DNA of 64,000 bases from Patescibacteria group bacterium (GTDB taxonomy: Bacteria; Patescibacteriota; Patescibacteriia; UBA1558; UBA10009). Below are positions 18,975 to 27,796 of this stretch, in pieces; within the stretch, counting starts at the first letter, position 1; every line of letters starts with the position of its first letter. The notes beneath the pieces are model-generated. The model saw nothing but the letters and a program-made list of their open reading frames with translations. It was not told the origin of the DNA and made no database searches. The DNA lies in assembly GCA_018818425.1 (NCBI GenBank), contig JAHISB010000002.1, positions 2,819 to 66,818 of the forward strand, given 5' to 3'. The translations under genes were made by a program, and so were the position numbers.

Positions 18975-19658
18975 ATGAATGAGCGAAAAATGGCTTTGCT
19001 TAGCCAAATTATCAAGCAATATATTAAATCTGCCACGCCTGTTGGCTCCAAACTCTTGGCCGATAAGAGCAGTTTTGATGTATCTTCCGCTACCATCCGC
19101 AACGAAATGGCCGAGCTGGAAAAAGACGGCTATATAATGCATCCGTATACTTCGGCCGGCAGAATTCCTACGGCCAAGGGCTATCAGTATTATTTAGAGC
19201 AGATTGAGGGCGGCAAGCTTTCGCAAATTGAGCAAAACTATTTATATAGGATATTAAAAAAGCATCAGGCAGACAAGAACGAAATTTTAATTAAAGAACT
19301 GGCGAAAAAGATAGTTGAACTTTCCCACAACACAGTGGTGATTGGCTTTTCGGAAAATGAGGTATACTATACCGGTATCTCAAATTTATTTTGCCAGCCG
19401 GAATTTCAAGATCCCGAAAAAATCCAGACCATGAGTTTAATTATCGACCATTTAGACAGCGTTATGTCCGATATATTCGACCAAATTCAAGAATTAGAAG
19501 TCAGAATCGGCGAAGATAATCCTTTCGACAATAATTGCAGCGTTCTCCTGATTCCATGGGGCAAGCGTAAAAAAGGCATTTTGGGCATCTTAGGACCGAT
19601 GAGGATGGATTATGAGAAGAATTTGGGCTTGGTAAATTTCATTATTCAAAATTTTTAA
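18975..19658 (+). CDS. hrcA: heat-inducible transcription repressor HrcA (compact form)
   Basis: 227 aa. N-terminal winged HTH (LSQIIKQYIKSATPVGSKLLADK...SATIRNEMAELEKDGYIMHPYTSAGRIPT) and C-terminal GPMRMDYEKNLGLV. Confidence 0.8.
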   Translation: MNERKMALLSQIIKQYIKSATPVGSKLLADKSSFDVSSATIRNEMAELEKDGYIMHPYTSAGRIPTAKGYQYYLEQIEGGKLSQIEQNYLYRILKKHQADKNEILIKELAKKIVELSHNTVVIGFSENEVYYTGISNLFCQPEFQDPEKIQTMSLIIDHLDSVMSDIFDQIQELEVRIGEDNPFDNNCSVLLIPWGKRKKGILGILGPMRMDYEKNLGLVNFIIQNF

Positions 19659-19788
19659 TGATCACTAACGACGCGAACTAACACGAACCTATCACGAACC
19701 GCTGACTAATTAAAGTAGGTTCGCGGTTCGCGGAGGTCAGCGAATGTTTGTGTCGTCAGTGATAAAGTGATAATTCGTGAAATTCAAT

Positions 19789-20292
19789 ATGGATAAACAG
19801 AAAACAGATTTAAAAGTCAAAAAAGATCATCAAAATAAACTGGAAGAGCTTCAGGCAAAGTGCGATGAATACTTAAACGGCTGGAAGCGGGCTAAAGCAG
19901 ATTATGAAAATTTTAAAAAAGAATCAGAAAAAAGAGTAACTGGCCTAGTTGAATTTGCCACTGCCGGAATGATTTTAGAAATCCTGCCGGTCCACAGTCA
20001 TTTTAAATTAGCATTGGAGCATGTGCCCGAGGATGATAAAAAAGCTGAATGGGTTCAGGGCATAATGCATATAAAAAGGGAATTTGAAGATTTTTTTAAA
20101 AAATTAGATATTGTTGAAATTAAAACTATCGGCGAAAAGTTCAATCCGGAATTTCACGAAGCGGTAAGTCATGAAGAATCGGACCAAGAAGATGATATAA
20201 TTATTAAAGAAGTTCAGCCGGGCTATATGCTTAAAGAACAGGTAATTCAGCCGGCCAAGGTCGTTGTTTCTAAACTAGTGAGTAGTGAGTAG
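19789..20292 (+). CDS. grpE: nucleotide exchange factor GrpE
   Basis: Track start is GTG 19777; in-frame ATG at 19789. YLNGWKRAKADYENFKK matches the GrpE coiled-coil signature. C-terminal beta domain (KEQVIQPAKVVVSK). Confidence 0.8.
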   Translation: MDKQKTDLKVKKDHQNKLEELQAKCDEYLNGWKRAKADYENFKKESEKRVTGLVEFATAGMILEILPVHSHFKLALEHVPEDDKKAEWVQGIMHIKREFEDFFKKLDIVEIKTIGEKFNPEFHEAVSHEESDQEDDIIIKEVQPGYMLKEQVIQPAKVVVSKLVSSE

Positions 20293-20309
20293 GGTGTAGG
20301 GGTAGAAGG
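20275..20309. repeat. left inverted-repeat arm (gtagtgagtagggtgtaggggtag words) flanking the four-helix-bundle gene
   Basis: Imperfectly complementary to 20701-20748 (tactccctacgcactacaacc). The word gtgtaggggtag recurs at 25297-25308. Confidence 0.5.
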
Positions 20310-20334
20310 ATTTCAATTATTAACAATTAAATAT

Positions 20335-20715
20335 ATGAAAAGCGATTTTATACAATCTTATAGGGATCTTATTGTATGGCAGAAGTCGATGGACCTAGTT
20401 AAAGTCATTTACGAATTGACTAAGCAATTTCCGGAAACAGAGAAATTTGGGCTAATATCCCAAATGAGAAGAGCGGCAGTTTCAATTCCTTCTAATATTG
20501 CCGAAGGGTTCAGAAGAGGCGCTAGAAAGGATTACCGTTACTTTCTGATAATAGCATTTGGCTCTGGCGCGGAATTAGAAACCCAAATAGAAATCTCTAA
20601 AAGGCTGGAATTTTGCAATAATTTTAACTATTCAAAAGTCGATGGTTTACTAGGGGAAATAATGAAAATATTGAATGTATTTATAAAAAAGCTAGGCAAT
20701 AGTACTACAACCTAG
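20335..20715 (+). CDS. four-helix-bundle protein (23S rRNA intervening-sequence protein family, TIGR02436-like)
   Basis: 126 aa. YRDLIVWQKSMDLVKVIYELTKQFPETEKFGLISQMRRAAVSIPSNIAEG...GSGAELETQIEIS closely matches the family consensus. Confidence 0.8.
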   Translation: MKSDFIQSYRDLIVWQKSMDLVKVIYELTKQFPETEKFGLISQMRRAAVSIPSNIAEGFRRGARKDYRYFLIIAFGSGAELETQIEISKRLEFCNNFNYSKVDGLLGEIMKILNVFIKKLGNSTTT

Positions 20716-20748
20716 TTTACTACAATCTACTCCCTACGCACTACAACC
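20701..20748. repeat. right inverted-repeat arm flanking the four-helix-bundle gene
   Basis: Reverse complement contains gtagtgcgtagggagtag, pairing with the left arm words. Confidence 0.5.
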
Positions 20749-20754
20749 TAAAAT

Positions 20755-21081
20755 ATGGACAACAAAGGACAATTCAGTTTAAAGCTAATCCAAAAATGCC
20801 CGGTCTGCAATCACGATTATCTGGAGGGCAAAATTCAGATTCTTGAAGAAGCCGATGTCAGCTTTTTGGCTTATTTGACTTGCGGCCATTGCCATTCCAG
20901 CATTATCGTCAGGGTTATGACTCTGCCACACGGCATGGTGGGCAATGCCATACTTACCGACCTTTCCAGCGATGAAGTGGGAAAATTCTCCGAAGCCGAG
21001 GTTTTAAACAGCAACGAAGTTTTACAAGTTTATCAGGAGCTTTGGCAAAGCGAGGGGTTTTTGGAGAAGATGAAACAATAA
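20755..21081 (+). CDS. zinc-ribbon-containing hypothetical protein
   Basis: 108 aa with CPVC...CGHC pairs. Confidence 0.45.
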   Translation: MDNKGQFSLKLIQKCPVCNHDYLEGKIQILEEADVSFLAYLTCGHCHSSIIVRVMTLPHGMVGNAILTDLSSDEVGKFSEAEVLNSNEVLQVYQELWQSEGFLEKMKQ

Positions 21082-21163
21082 TCACAGATAGTTCACGGAT
21101 GAATCACTGATGACTCACGGATATAATTATTAACATTTTATTATTAATTTAAAGATAAATATT

Positions 21164-23137
21164 ATGTCAAAAATACTAGGTATCGACCTCGGTACCACAA
21201 ATTCCGCCATGGCCATTATGGAAGGCGGACAGCCGAAAATTTTAGAAAATAAAGAAGGCAACAGAACCACCCCTTCGATGACGGCTATTTCTAAAAACGG
21301 CGATCGTTTGGTCGGCCAGTTAGCTAAACGCCAGGCCGTAACCAATCCGGAGAACACTTTATTTTCCATTAAGCGCTTAATCGGCAGAAAGTTTGAAGAC
21401 GAGGAAGTCCAGCGCGATATTAAAACCATGCCTTATAAAATTATTAAGGCGGGCCCTTCGGCAGGCTCAGGAGGGACCGAAGGCGTAAAAGTCATTATGA
21501 GCGATAAGGAATATACGCCCCAGGAAATTTCGGCCATGATTCTGCAAAAGCTTAAAGCAGACGCCGAAGCCAAGCTGGGCGAAAAAATAGAGGAAGCGGT
21601 TATAACCGTGCCTGCTTACTTTGACGATTCGCAAAGGCAGGCCACCAAAGACGCTGGAGAAATTGCCGGCTTTAAAGTCAGGCGCATTATCAACGAGCCC
21701 ACGGCCGCGGCTTTGGCCTACGGTTTTGACAAAAAAAAGAATCAACAGATCGCCGTTTACGATTTAGGCGGCGGCACTTTCGATATTTCTGTTTTGGATG
21801 TTTCCGAAGATACCGTGGAAGTTAAATCCACCAACGGCGACACTCACTTAGGCGGTGATGATTTTGATCAGAAAATTATCAACTGGATCATTGATGAATT
21901 TAATAAAGACCAGGGCATTAATCTGACCGGTGATGCCATGGCCATGCAGAGAGTTAAAGAAGCTGCCGAAAAAGCCAAGGTTGAACTTTCTACCTCTACG
22001 GAAACCGAAATCAACCAGCCCTTTATCACCACCGATGCCAACGGTCCAAAACATTTGGTTTTAAAATTAACCAGAGCCAAGCTTGAAGAGCTGGTCGGCA
22101 ATTTAGTTGATAAAACCTTTGAGTCAGTCGATTTAGCTATCAAAGATTCCGGCTTTAAAAAAGAAGAAATTGACGAAGTAGTTTTAGTGGGCGGCATGAC
22201 CAGAATGCCCATGGTGCAAAAGAAAGTTGAGGAATTCTTTGGCAAAAAGCCGAATATCAGCGTTAATCCGGATGAAGTGGTGGCTTTGGGCGCGGCTGTG
22301 CAGGCCGGCGTTTTGCAGGGCGATGTTAAAGATGTGCTGCTTTTAGATGTTACCCCGTTGACCTTGGGCATAGAAACTTTAGGCGGAGTCAGAACTCCTT
22401 TAATTGAAAAAAATACCACCATTCCCACTTCCAAATCCCAGATATTTTCCACGGCCGCCGACAGCCAGACCTCGGTAGAAATTCATGTTTTGCAGGGCGA
22501 AAGGGAAATGGCCGAAGACAATAAAACTTTGGGCCGGTTTATCCTTTCGGGCATTCTTCCCGCTCCTCGCGGGGTTCCTCAAGTGGAAGTTACTTTTGAT
22601 ATAGACGCTAACGGCATTGTCAACGTCAAAGCGGCAGATAAAGCCACCGGCAAGGAGCAATCAATTACCATTACCGCCTCATCCGGGCTTTCCAAAGATG
22701 AAGTGGAAAAAATGAAAAAAGAAGCCGAGCTTAATGCCGAAGAGGATAAAAAGAAAAGGGAACTGGTTGATGCCAAAAATAATGCCGATTCCGCCATCTT
22801 CCAGACCGAAAAAATCCTTAAAGAATCAGGCGACAAAGTCCCGGCAGATGTTAAAAAAGAAGTAACTGAAAAAATGGAAGCTTTGAAAAAAGTCAAAGAC
22901 GGCAACGATGCCGCAGTCATCAATAAAGCGTTGGAAGATATGAATCAAACAGTGCAGAAGATTGGGCAGGCCATGTATCAATCTCAACAAGCTGGACAGA
23001 CACCCCCAACTGGCAATCAAGAACCCCAGCCATCAACCTATGGTCAGCCATCCGAAGAAAAGAAGTCTGATGGACCGGTTGAGGCAGAATTTGAAGACGT
23101 CAAAGACGATCAGAAACCAGAAGAACCAAGTAAGTAA
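21164..23137 (+). CDS. dnaK: molecular chaperone DnaK (Hsp70)
   Basis: 657 aa. [19 protein letters not shown], full NBD and SBD, acidic C-terminus. Confidence 0.95.
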   Translation: MSKILGIDLGTTNSAMAIMEGGQPKILENKEGNRTTPSMTAISKNGDRLVGQLAKRQAVTNPENTLFSIKRLIGRKFEDEEVQRDIKTMPYKIIKAGPSAGSGGTEGVKVIMSDKEYTPQEISAMILQKLKADAEAKLGEKIEEAVITVPAYFDDSQRQATKDAGEIAGFKVRRIINEPTAAALAYGFDKKKNQQIAVYDLGGGTFDISVLDVSEDTVEVKSTNGDTHLGGDDFDQKIINWIIDEFNKDQGINLTGDAMAMQRVKEAAEKAKVELSTSTETEINQPFITTDANGPKHLVLKLTRAKLEELVGNLVDKTFESVDLAIKDSGFKKEEIDEVVLVGGMTRMPMVQKKVEEFFGKKPNISVNPDEVVALGAAVQAGVLQGDVKDVLLLDVTPLTLGIETLGGVRTPLIEKNTTIPTSKSQIFSTAADSQTSVEIHVLQGEREMAEDNKTLGRFILSGILPAPRGVPQVEVTFDIDANGIVNVKAADKATGKEQSITITASSGLSKDEVEKMKKEAELNAEEDKKKRELVDAKNNADSAIFQTEKILKESGDKVPADVKKEVTEKMEALKKVKDGNDAAVINKALEDMNQTVQKIGQAMYQSQQAGQTPPTGNQEPQPSTYGQPSEEKKSDGPVEAEFEDVKDDQKPEEPSK

Positions 23138-23213
23138 TATATAATCGGATAGGCCGGCGGGTTTATCCCGCCGTTCGCGAATAGCGGGGTTTATCCTTTC
23201 GCTTTAGAATAAT

Positions 23214-23948
23214 ATGAAACCATCTGATATAAAAAAAATCGTTAAAGAAAAATATCAGAAAATTGCCAGAAGTAGCGGCGGTTGTGGTTGCAGTTGCCAG
23301 AATCAGAGTGTATCTAAAAACATTGGTTACTCTAATGAAGAACTACAAACCGTTGGCCAAGCCAATATGGGCTTAGGTTGTGGCAATCCCATTGCTTTAA
23401 GTAAAATAAAAGAAGGCGATGTAGTAGTAGATTTAGGCAGTGGCGCTGGCATTGACTGTATTTTAGCCAGTAAGAAAGTTGGCTCAGCCGGCAAAGTTAT
23501 TGGCATAGACATGACCGAAGAAATGATAGCCAAGGCAGAAGCTAACGTAAAAAATTTAGGTCTATTTAATATTGAATTTATGCTGTCGGATATAGAAGAT
23601 TTACCGCTTAACAATGAATCTGCCGATGTCATTATTAGTAATTGCGTAATTAATTTGGCGCCGGATAAGTTAAAAGTTTTTATAGAATCTAACAGAATTT
23701 TAAAACCCGGCGGCAGAATGTATGTATCTGACATTGTACTGTTAAAAGAATTATCAGAAATACAAAGTAAAGACAAAGAGCTGATTTCAGGTTGCGTAGC
23801 CGGCGCTCTGCTTAAAGAAGATTATATAAATAAATTATCCCAAGCTGGATTTAAAATTAATATTCTTTCCGAAAATAAGGATATCAGCAAAGAGCAGTAT
23901 CAAGCCATTCCTTTAGAGAGTATTATGATAGAAGCAATAAAACAGTAA
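23214..23948 (+). CDS. arsM: arsenite S-adenosylmethionine methyltransferase ArsM family
   Basis: 244 aa. Matches ArsM throughout: VKEKY, GCGCSC, LGCGNP, VVDLGSGAGID, IGIDMTEEM, VIISNCVINL, LKPGGR, GCVAGAL. All four conserved Cys are present. Confidence 0.75.
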   Translation: MKPSDIKKIVKEKYQKIARSSGGCGCSCQNQSVSKNIGYSNEELQTVGQANMGLGCGNPIALSKIKEGDVVVDLGSGAGIDCILASKKVGSAGKVIGIDMTEEMIAKAEANVKNLGLFNIEFMLSDIEDLPLNNESADVIISNCVINLAPDKLKVFIESNRILKPGGRMYVSDIVLLKELSEIQSKDKELISGCVAGALLKEDYINKLSQAGFKINILSENKDISKEQYQAIPLESIMIEAIKQ

Positions 23949-23957
23949 AGAATATTT

Positions 23958-24044
23958 ATGGGCAAAGACTGCTACAAAACACTGGGCGTAGATAAAAACG
24001 CCTCTCGGCTTCGCTCGAGACTTTTAAGAATGACAAAAAAGTAA
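23958..24044 (+). pseudogene. diverged 5' fragment of a dnaJ J-domain (28 codons) immediately upstream of intact dnaJ
   Basis: Translates MGKDCYKTLGVDKNAS..., compared with MSKDYYNTLGINKEAS of the true DnaJ at 24055. Followed by the gcctctcggcttcgctcgagac motif. Confidence 0.5.
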
Positions 24045-24054
24045 GCAAATAAAC

Positions 24055-25161
24055 ATGAGTAAAGACTATTACAACACACTTGGTATTAACAAAGAAGCCA
24101 GTCAGGAAGAAATTAAGAAAGCTTTTCGCAAGAAAGCCCACGAACATCATCCGGACAAAGGCAATGGCAATGCCGACAAGTTTAAGGAAGTCAACGAAGC
24201 TTATCAGGTTTTGGGCAAGCCGGAAAAACGCCGGCAGTACGACCAGTTTGGCACCACTTTTGAAGGCATGGGCGGACAGGCCGCTTATGATGCGGGCTTT
24301 GACTGGGCCGATATGTTCAGGCAGGGCGGTCCTTCTTCTGGTTATAGAACTTCCGGCTTTAATATTAATTTTGATGATTTAGGCGATATCTTCGGCGACT
24401 TTTTCGGCGGGTCAAGAACATCCGGAAGATCCTCAAGGGGCGTGGACATGGAAGCCAGTTTAACCATTGGCTTTGAAGAGGCGGTTTTTGGCATAGAAAA
24501 AGTTTTAGATATTTCCAAGCAGATAGTCTGCGATAAGTGCCGCGGCAACGGAGCCGAGCCCAATACCAAAATCATCAACTGCAAAACCTGCGGTGGCAGC
24601 GGCCAGGTGACCACTACCCAGCAAACATTTTTTGGCGCCTTTCGCTCTAATTCAGTTTGTCAAAATTGCGGCGGTGAAGGCAAGGTTTCCGAAAAAAAAT
24701 GTACTCAATGTCATGGTTCCGGCGTAACCCAGGGCCAAGAAAGAATCAAGGTTAAAATTCCGGCCGGCATCAGCAACAATGAAACCATCAAGCTCTCGGG
24801 CAAAGGCGAGGCCGGGGTCAGCGGTTTGCCGGCGGGCGATTTATATATTCATATTACGGTTCCGCCTCATCATCAGTTTTCCAGAGAGGGCGATAATATT
24901 TTCACCGCTAAAAACATCAGTTTTAGCCAGGCCGCGCTGGGCGCTAAAGTCAGAGTTAAAACTTTAGACGGCGAGGTGAATTTAAAAATTCCGTCCGGCA
25001 CCCAGTCGGGCAGGCAGTTTATTTTAAAAAACAAGGGCTCTCATAAACTCCGGGGCCGGGGCAGGGGAGATATGATTGTGGAAGTCAAAATTCAGGTTCC
25101 CGGTAATCTTTCCCAAAAGCAGAAAAAATTATTGGAAGAGTTAGCTGATGAAGGACTCTAA
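24055..25161 (+). CDS. dnaJ: molecular chaperone DnaJ
   Basis: 368 aa. J domain with HPD, G/F-rich region, four CxxCxGxG zinc-finger repeats, C-terminal domains. Confidence 0.9.
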   Translation: MSKDYYNTLGINKEASQEEIKKAFRKKAHEHHPDKGNGNADKFKEVNEAYQVLGKPEKRRQYDQFGTTFEGMGGQAAYDAGFDWADMFRQGGPSSGYRTSGFNINFDDLGDIFGDFFGGSRTSGRSSRGVDMEASLTIGFEEAVFGIEKVLDISKQIVCDKCRGNGAEPNTKIINCKTCGGSGQVTTTQQTFFGAFRSNSVCQNCGGEGKVSEKKCTQCHGSGVTQGQERIKVKIPAGISNNETIKLSGKGEAGVSGLPAGDLYIHITVPPHHQFSREGDNIFTAKNISFSQAALGAKVRVKTLDGEVNLKIPSGTQSGRQFILKNKGSHKLRGRGRGDMIVEVKIQVPGNLSQKQKKLLEELADEGL

Positions 25162-25164
25162 AAA

Positions 25165-25290
25165 ATTCCAAGGACCAAAATTAAAAGATCCAAACAATTT
25201 TCAAAATAAAAAATAAAAAGTTTATTATTTCGGTTCTTTTGATTTGTTTGGTTCTTCGGTTCTTTTGATTTGGTTCTTTTCTTGTTATAA
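25165..25290. repeat. intergenic word palindrome (aaaagaaccaaa / ttggttcttttgatttg words)
   Basis: Same word family and architecture as 58155-58245. Confidence 0.5.
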
Positions 25291-25349
25291 TAAAAGTGTA
25301 GGGGTAGGTATGCGCCTCGGCGCGCTACAATATACCACTATTTTTGATT

Positions 25350-25973
25350 ATGTTGATAACTTCGACAGAAGAATTAATCACTTCAAACAGCAGAGAGCTG
25401 TTTATTTCGGCGCAGGATACCGCCGGCCAGGCCGGGGATTTTTTCAGCCATTTAGACTGGTCCGCGCCCAGCTGGGATTTATTCATTATTCTGTTTTTTT
25501 TAATAGCTTCGTTAATTTACGGCCTGTCGCTGGGCAGGGACAGAATCGTAATTATCCTAGTTTCTATTTATATGGCGCTGGCCGTGGTGGATTACGCGCC
25601 TTTTGCCGAGAAATTGATTGAAGGAACCTCTTTGGAGGGTTTCTTTTTATTTAGGGTAGTTTCGTTTATAGCGGTGTTTCTGCTGTTATTTTTTATTCTG
25701 GCCCAGTCGGCCCTTTTAAACACCTTTGCTTCCCGCAATGCTTCCCGCAGCTGGTGGCAGACCATTGTTTTCAGCATTCTCCACGTAGGGCTGATTATCA
25801 GCATCACCCTGTCGTTTCTGCCGGAATCGTTTGTTAACGAACTTTCGGATTTTACCTACCGGCTGTTTGCCACGGAAACGGCCAGGTTTGTTTGGATAAT
25901 TCTGCCCATCATTGCCATGGCCTTTATCAGAAAACCCCGCCGCAGACGGCGCGACATTGACGAATATCTTTAA
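25350..25973 (+). CDS. hypothetical membrane protein
   Basis: Track start is TTG 25344; ATG at 25350. ~5 TM. C-terminal KPRRRRRDIDEYL. Confidence 0.45.
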   Translation: MLITSTEELITSNSRELFISAQDTAGQAGDFFSHLDWSAPSWDLFIILFFLIASLIYGLSLGRDRIVIILVSIYMALAVVDYAPFAEKLIEGTSLEGFFLFRVVSFIAVFLLLFFILAQSALLNTFASRNASRSWWQTIVFSILHVGLIISITLSFLPESFVNELSDFTYRLFATETARFVWIILPIIAMAFIRKPRRRRRDIDEYL

Positions 25974-25974
25974 T

Positions 25975-26112
25975 CCGAATATATCACTAATAAATCACGA
26001 ATAATCTCACGAATATGTCACGAATTCACGAATAATCGCGAATAAAAAACTATTAGCGAATTCGTGTGATATTAGAGATGCAGATTAGCGATTTATTAGA
26101 GATATATTCGTG
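25975..26112. repeat. intergenic word palindrome (tcacgaata / tattcgtga words)
   Basis: Forward words in 25980-26040, reverse-complement words in 26050-26112. Confidence 0.5.
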
Positions 26113-27717
26113 TTATTTTATTTTGAACACACTGCTGTCATCAGTTTCAATTTTTTTTTCAAAGAATTCCGGACTCGCTTCCAGGAATTTTTTAAAATCC
26201 TGGTAGATGAAGTAATCGTTAATCCAGATGTATTCAGAATTAAATTGAGTTTTGATGGTTTGGGCGATCATAGCCGGTTGCCGCTGTTCGGCCATACAGC
26301 CCGAGGCCGTTAAATCATCCAAATCAATTAAATCGGCCGGCGCGTTGCAGGCGATTGATTTTTCGGTGATGTTGCGCCAAAGCCAGTAGAGGTTTTTGTC
26401 GTATAAATACATAAAGGTCGGGTCCAGGCCGACAATATAGTAGTTATGGTGATTATGAAAAAATAGTCTGGGGAAAGCATCCCAGGCAGTATGAAAAACT
26501 ATTGATTTTTCAGGGGTGTTGTTTTCAAGCCATTCGGCTGTTTGTTGGTAGCGGCTAATGGGGCAGGCATTTTTATACCCTAAATAGGCTTTTTTTACTG
26601 GTAAAAAGATAAGTGAAAAAAAAGTTAAAATCAATAAAGCTTTGAAAACTGGTTTTCTTATATATTTTTTAAAATCATTTATTAAGTTCTGTTGTTCATA
26701 AGATACCAGTGATTTTTTAAGCAAAGTAAAAGTATGAGCTGTTAAAAGAATTGTAAACGGGACAAAGTATTCTATAAAACGGATTGATTCAATAGTCCAG
26801 AGGCCGTAAAATATTGCTAAAATAAAGAGGGTATAGAGCAATATTTTTTCATTCATAGAGGCAATTTTCTTTTTTAAATAAATAGTTAGGATCCCACATA
26901 TAATTATCATGAAAGAAACTAAAAAAGTATCTTGAAAAAAAGTCAAAGAAGCATGAGCCTGTTCTTGTCCAACAGCCACTCCAGCATTTATTAAATTTAG
27001 ATAAAGAAGATCAAATGTTTGCTGAAAATTAAGAATAACAATATTTGGAAAGTCAGGCCTAATAATCAAAGTTAAAATTAGTGCCAGAAGAGGATAAGTA
27101 TAATATTTTAAATACAGTTTTTTAGTAAACAACCATTCAATAACCGTATAGATAATAATAATGATAAATATTTGTAACCAGCCAGCGTAACTAAGACAAT
27201 AAATTGTTGAAGAAAAAAATAAGAGTCCAAATTTTTTATTATGAACTGCATAAAGAATAATTAGAGTAAGAATAATAGAGATTAAAAAAGGCCGGGAAAT
27301 AAATAGTCGGAAAAAGAATATTGAAGAAGAAAATAATAAGAGGGTCAGCCACAATGTGTGATTTTTTATATCTAGTTTTTTTAAAAAAAATATAAAAAAG
27401 TTTATAAAGAAGAGCAATAATATAAGAACTAAAATTTTTACTGCAATAATTGGGTTTAAAAAAAGAAGCAAAGGATAAAGCAATAAATGGTAACCCAACG
27501 ATAAATCCGCAGGGAACAAGCTCCAGCTGGTATATTGAAACCAAGGAAGCTCGTTAATAACGTTTAAACCGTCCGTATTAAATAATTGAGAAATTTTAAG
27601 ATGATAAAAAATATCAGTGCCAATTATTGTTGGGCGAATAAATAAAATAAAAGTAAATAAAATCAGCAATAATAGATTGTAATAGATAATGGGCTTATTT
27701 TTGATAGCCTTGAACAT
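26113..27717 (-). CDS. GT-C-like integral membrane protein (ArnT/PMT-like putative glycosyltransferase), very AT-rich
   Basis: Track start is TTG 27759; ATG at 27717 gives MFKAIKNK... and sits ~7 nt after a minus-strand TATAAT. 10+ TM with C-terminal soluble domain. GC far below neighbours. Confidence 0.4.
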   Translation of the reverse strand: MFKAIKNKPIIYYNLLLLILFTFILFIRPTIIGTDIFYHLKISQLFNTDGLNVINELPWFQYTSWSLFPADLSLGYHLLLYPLLLFLNPIIAVKILVLILLLFFINFFIFFLKKLDIKNHTLWLTLLLFSSSIFFFRLFISRPFLISIILTLIILYAVHNKKFGLLFFSSTIYCLSYAGWLQIFIIIIIYTVIEWLFTKKLYLKYYTYPLLALILTLIIRPDFPNIVILNFQQTFDLLYLNLINAGVAVGQEQAHASLTFFQDTFLVSFMIIICGILTIYLKKKIASMNEKILLYTLFILAIFYGLWTIESIRFIEYFVPFTILLTAHTFTLLKKSLVSYEQQNLINDFKKYIRKPVFKALLILTFFSLIFLPVKKAYLGYKNACPISRYQQTAEWLENNTPEKSIVFHTAWDAFPRLFFHNHHNYYIVGLDPTFMYLYDKNLYWLWRNITEKSIACNAPADLIDLDDLTASGCMAEQRQPAMIAQTIKTQFNSEYIWINDYFIYQDFKKFLEASPEFFEKKIETDDSSVFKIK

Positions 27718-27740
27718 TATTATTATTATAAACTTTTTAG

Positions 27741-27776
27741 TAAAAAAAAGAAGGGGCAAACCTTGCGGTTTACCCC
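27741..27776 (-). terminator. rho-independent terminator for the 27797-31116 operon
   Basis: Minus strand reads GGGGTAAACC-GCAA-GGTTTGCCCC (9/10 bp stem) followed by TTCTTTTTTTTAC. Confidence 0.55.
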
Positions 27777-27796
27777 TATTGTTGACGATGTTATCG

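Noticed and set aside
21467-23020. Multiple minus-strand ORFs (60-194 aa) inside dnaK
   Set aside because: Entirely contained within the strongly supported dnaK reading frame. Low-complexity translations. Antisense artefacts.
23140-23213. Terminator after dnaK (ggcgggtttatcccgcc hairpin)
   Set aside because: GC stem is present but no U-tract follows on either strand. Possibly a processing or stability hairpin. Not called.
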